This document shows, piece by piece, positions 62,208 to 64,000 of a stretch of DNA of 64,000 bases. The notes below the pieces were generated by a model. That model saw only the letters and a list, made by a program, of their open reading frames with translations, was not told the origin of the DNA and ran no database searches. The translations under genes and the position numbers were made by a program. The stretch is from Pseudomonadota bacterium (GTDB lineage Bacteria > Pseudomonadota > Gammaproteobacteria > Burkholderiales > Burkholderiaceae_C): assembly GCA_039798085.1 (NCBI GenBank), contig JBDKGR010000001.1, forward strand, positions 2,147 through 66,146. Direction: 5' to 3'. Every line of letters starts with the position of its first letter. Positions within the stretch are counted from its first letter, which is position 1.

Positions 62208-63158
62208 TCATAATTTTTTCATAATTTGTTCGATTTCGAGGGGACTCAAAAGCCGCTTCGGAATCAATTCGTGGTGTTGGATATGCGCCGTTCCCAGCAA
62301 GCTACCGGATTGCGCTGCATAGACAGCAACCTGTGCCGCATCCGCCCAATCACCGCGACGCGCCAAACCGTTCAAAAAGCGTGCGGCATTATCGGCATCC
62401 AATGTGACGGTGGTGTGGTGTTCCAATAAAGAATCGACTGGCAATAAATATGCCCCCCGTTCTTCTTCCGACATCGCTTCCAATGTTTCCAACGTCACGC
62501 ACTGGGCAATGGAAAATCCACCCGTACCGATGCGACGCAAGCGACTCAAATGTGCGCCGCAACCCAAGGCTTCACCAAGGTCTTCGCCGAGGGTGCGGAT
62601 ATACGTCCCTTTGCTGCATCGAACTATCATTTTGATAGCTGGTCGTGCAGTATCCACGGGCGTTACAGCCGGATTGGGTGTTAATTCCATAGCCAAGGAA
62701 TGAATCGTCACGGGACGGGCTTCGCGTGCCACTTCAATGCCTGCGCGTGCGTATTCGTACAGCGCTTTGCCGTCTTTTTTGAGCGCACTGTGCATGGGCG
62801 GAGTTTGCTGAATCGCTCCAGTGAACTGCATGGCAACCCGCGCAATATCGGCATCCGTCACATGGACGGGACGCTCGGCGATGATTGCTCCTTCGGCATC
62901 CCCCGTGCTGGTTTGAATTCCCAGTAAAACGGTGGCTTCGTAGGTTTTATCGGCATCCAGTTGCAACTGGCTGAATTTGGTGGCTGCACCAAAACACAGC
63001 GGCAACACCCCGCTTGCCAACGGGTCTAGTGTTCCCGTGTGCCCCGCTTTTTCTGCCCGCAACAGCCATTTCACTTTTTGAAGAATGTCATTGCTTGACC
63101 AGCCCAAGGGCTTATCCAACAACAAAACCCCGTGGACGGGGCGACGTTTCGTAGCCAT
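62208..63158 (-). CDS. truB: tRNA pseudouridine(55) synthase
   Basis: LLDKP, GHTGTLDP, PPMHSALK and CSKGTYIR. Confidence 0.97.
   Translation of the reverse strand: MATKRRPVHGVLLLDKPLGWSSNDILQKVKWLLRAEKAGHTGTLDPLASGVLPLCFGAATKFSQLQLDADKTYEATVLLGIQTSTGDAEGAIIAERPVHVTDADIARVAMQFTGAIQQTPPMHSALKKDGKALYEYARAGIEVAREARPVTIHSLAMELTPNPAVTPVDTARPAIKMIVRCSKGTYIRTLGEDLGEALGCGAHLSRLRRIGTGGFSIAQCVTLETLEAMSEEERGAYLLPVDSLLEHHTTVTLDADNAARFLNGLARRGDWADAAQVAVYAAQSGSLLGTAHIQHHELIPKRLLSPLEIEQIMKKL
62623..62672 (+). repeat. Dispersed ~50-bp repeat copy, in-frame inside truB
   Basis: 40/50 identical to 5341-5390 (hand count), including an identical 21-mer tatccacgggcgttacagccg. Confidence 0.87.
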
Positions 63159-63164
63159 GCGGTT

Positions 63165-63569
63165 TTAATCGTCTTTGGGTTGATTGGGTTGATTGGGTTG
63201 ACTGGGTTGGTTAGATTGCGATGCAACCGCTTGGGCAATCAGTGCATTCATATCTGCCGCTTTTTCCAAGGTGCGATCAAACACAAAATGCAGCGTGGGC
63301 ACGGTGTGGATATGCAGGCGTTTGAAAAGTTGTGCACGTAAAAATCCAGCCGCCTGATTCAACCCTTCCAAACTTTTGACCGGGTCTCCTTGTAGCAAGC
63401 TGAAAAATACCTTGGCATGGGCATAGTCGGGCGTGACCTCCACCGCTTGAATAGTCACCATACCAACGCGGTAGTCTTTTAACTCCCGCGCAATAATTTC
63501 CGACAAATCCCGCTGGATTTGGTCGGCAACTCGAAAACCCCGATTGGGCATAGAAGACTTTTTTTTCAT
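63165..63569 (-). CDS. rbfA: 30S ribosome-binding factor A
   Basis: [21 protein letters not shown] and PTLHFVFD. Confidence 0.96.
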   Translation of the reverse strand: MKKKSSMPNRGFRVADQIQRDLSEIIARELKDYRVGMVTIQAVEVTPDYAHAKVFFSLLQGDPVKSLEGLNQAAGFLRAQLFKRLHIHTVPTLHFVFDRTLEKAADMNALIAQAVASQSNQPSQPNQPNQPKDD

Positions 63570-63590
63570 TAAAGAAGCACTTCTAATCGA

Positions 63591-64000
63591 TTACAAAGTA
63601 CGCGCTATTTCGCGGATTTCAAAGAATTCGAGTACATCGCCTTCTTCAATTTCGTTGTAATTTTTCACGGTCAAACCGCACTCGTAGGTTTCTTTGACTT
63701 CTTTTACATCGTCTTTGAAACGCTTGAGCGAATCCAATTCGCCTGTGTAAATCACCACATTGTTGCGCAATAAACGCAGTTTGGCAGCACGACGTACCAA
63801 GCCCGAAGTAACCATACAACCCGCAATGGAGCCGATTTTGCTGACCTTGAGCACTTGGCGAATCTCCGCCGTACCAATGATTTCTTCTTTTTTGTCGGGT
63901 GTCAGCATACCGGACATTGCCAGTTTCAATTCATCCACTGCATCGTAAATAATGTCGTAGTAGCGAATATCCACGCCATTGTTTTCAGCGAGTTTGCGTG
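63591..64000 (-). CDS. infB: Translation initiation factor IF-2, C-terminal part (begins beyond the window)
   Basis: [14 protein letters not shown] and [12 protein letters not shown]...ECG; lies upstream of rbfA-truB. Confidence 0.96.
   Translation of the reverse strand, partial: RKLAENNGVDIRYYDIIYDAVDELKLAMSGMLTPDKKEEIIGTAEIRQVLKVSKIGSIAGCMVTSGLVRRAAKLRLLRNNVVIYTGELDSLKRFKDDVKEVKETYECGLTVKNYNEIEEGDVLEFFEIREIARTL

Overview
Gene-dense chromosomal window from a Burkholderiales (most likely Comamonadaceae-like) betaproteobacterium with moderate GC (roughly 50% by eye). The backbone is housekeeping: uvrB, a Pat-type acetyltransferase and HDAC-family deacetylase, bktB, moeB/thiF, two S41 proteases, gpmA-rhodanese-grxC-secB-gpsA, a cyanophycin locus, tsaD, panBC, gshA, dut, parE-SLT-parC, rraA, aceA, smc-zipA and typA-truB-rbfA-infB. 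Accessory genes are wedged into it with no integrase or transposase: a YefM/YoeB pair plus an MmeI-like restriction-modification enzyme, a beta-class DNA methyltransferase with an endonuclease-like tail, a BLUF photoreceptor, a lipoprotein/small-protein pair, and a 10-kb island. The island encodes a 2,566-aa repetitive surface protein, a TPR-GNAT protein, an M15 peptidase and a secreted Cys protein. Three signals are not explained by the gene calls. (1) A ~50-bp dispersed quasi-palindromic repeat occurs once intergenically and three times in-frame inside protein genes (RM enzyme, smc, truB). (2) The Ig-like domains of the giant protein have conserved frameworks with hypervariable, CDR-like segments. 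(3) Short tandem duplications are pervasive and often copy start or stop codons. No rRNA, tRNA, CRISPR array or IS element was recognised. Family assignments come from motif recognition, not database searches.
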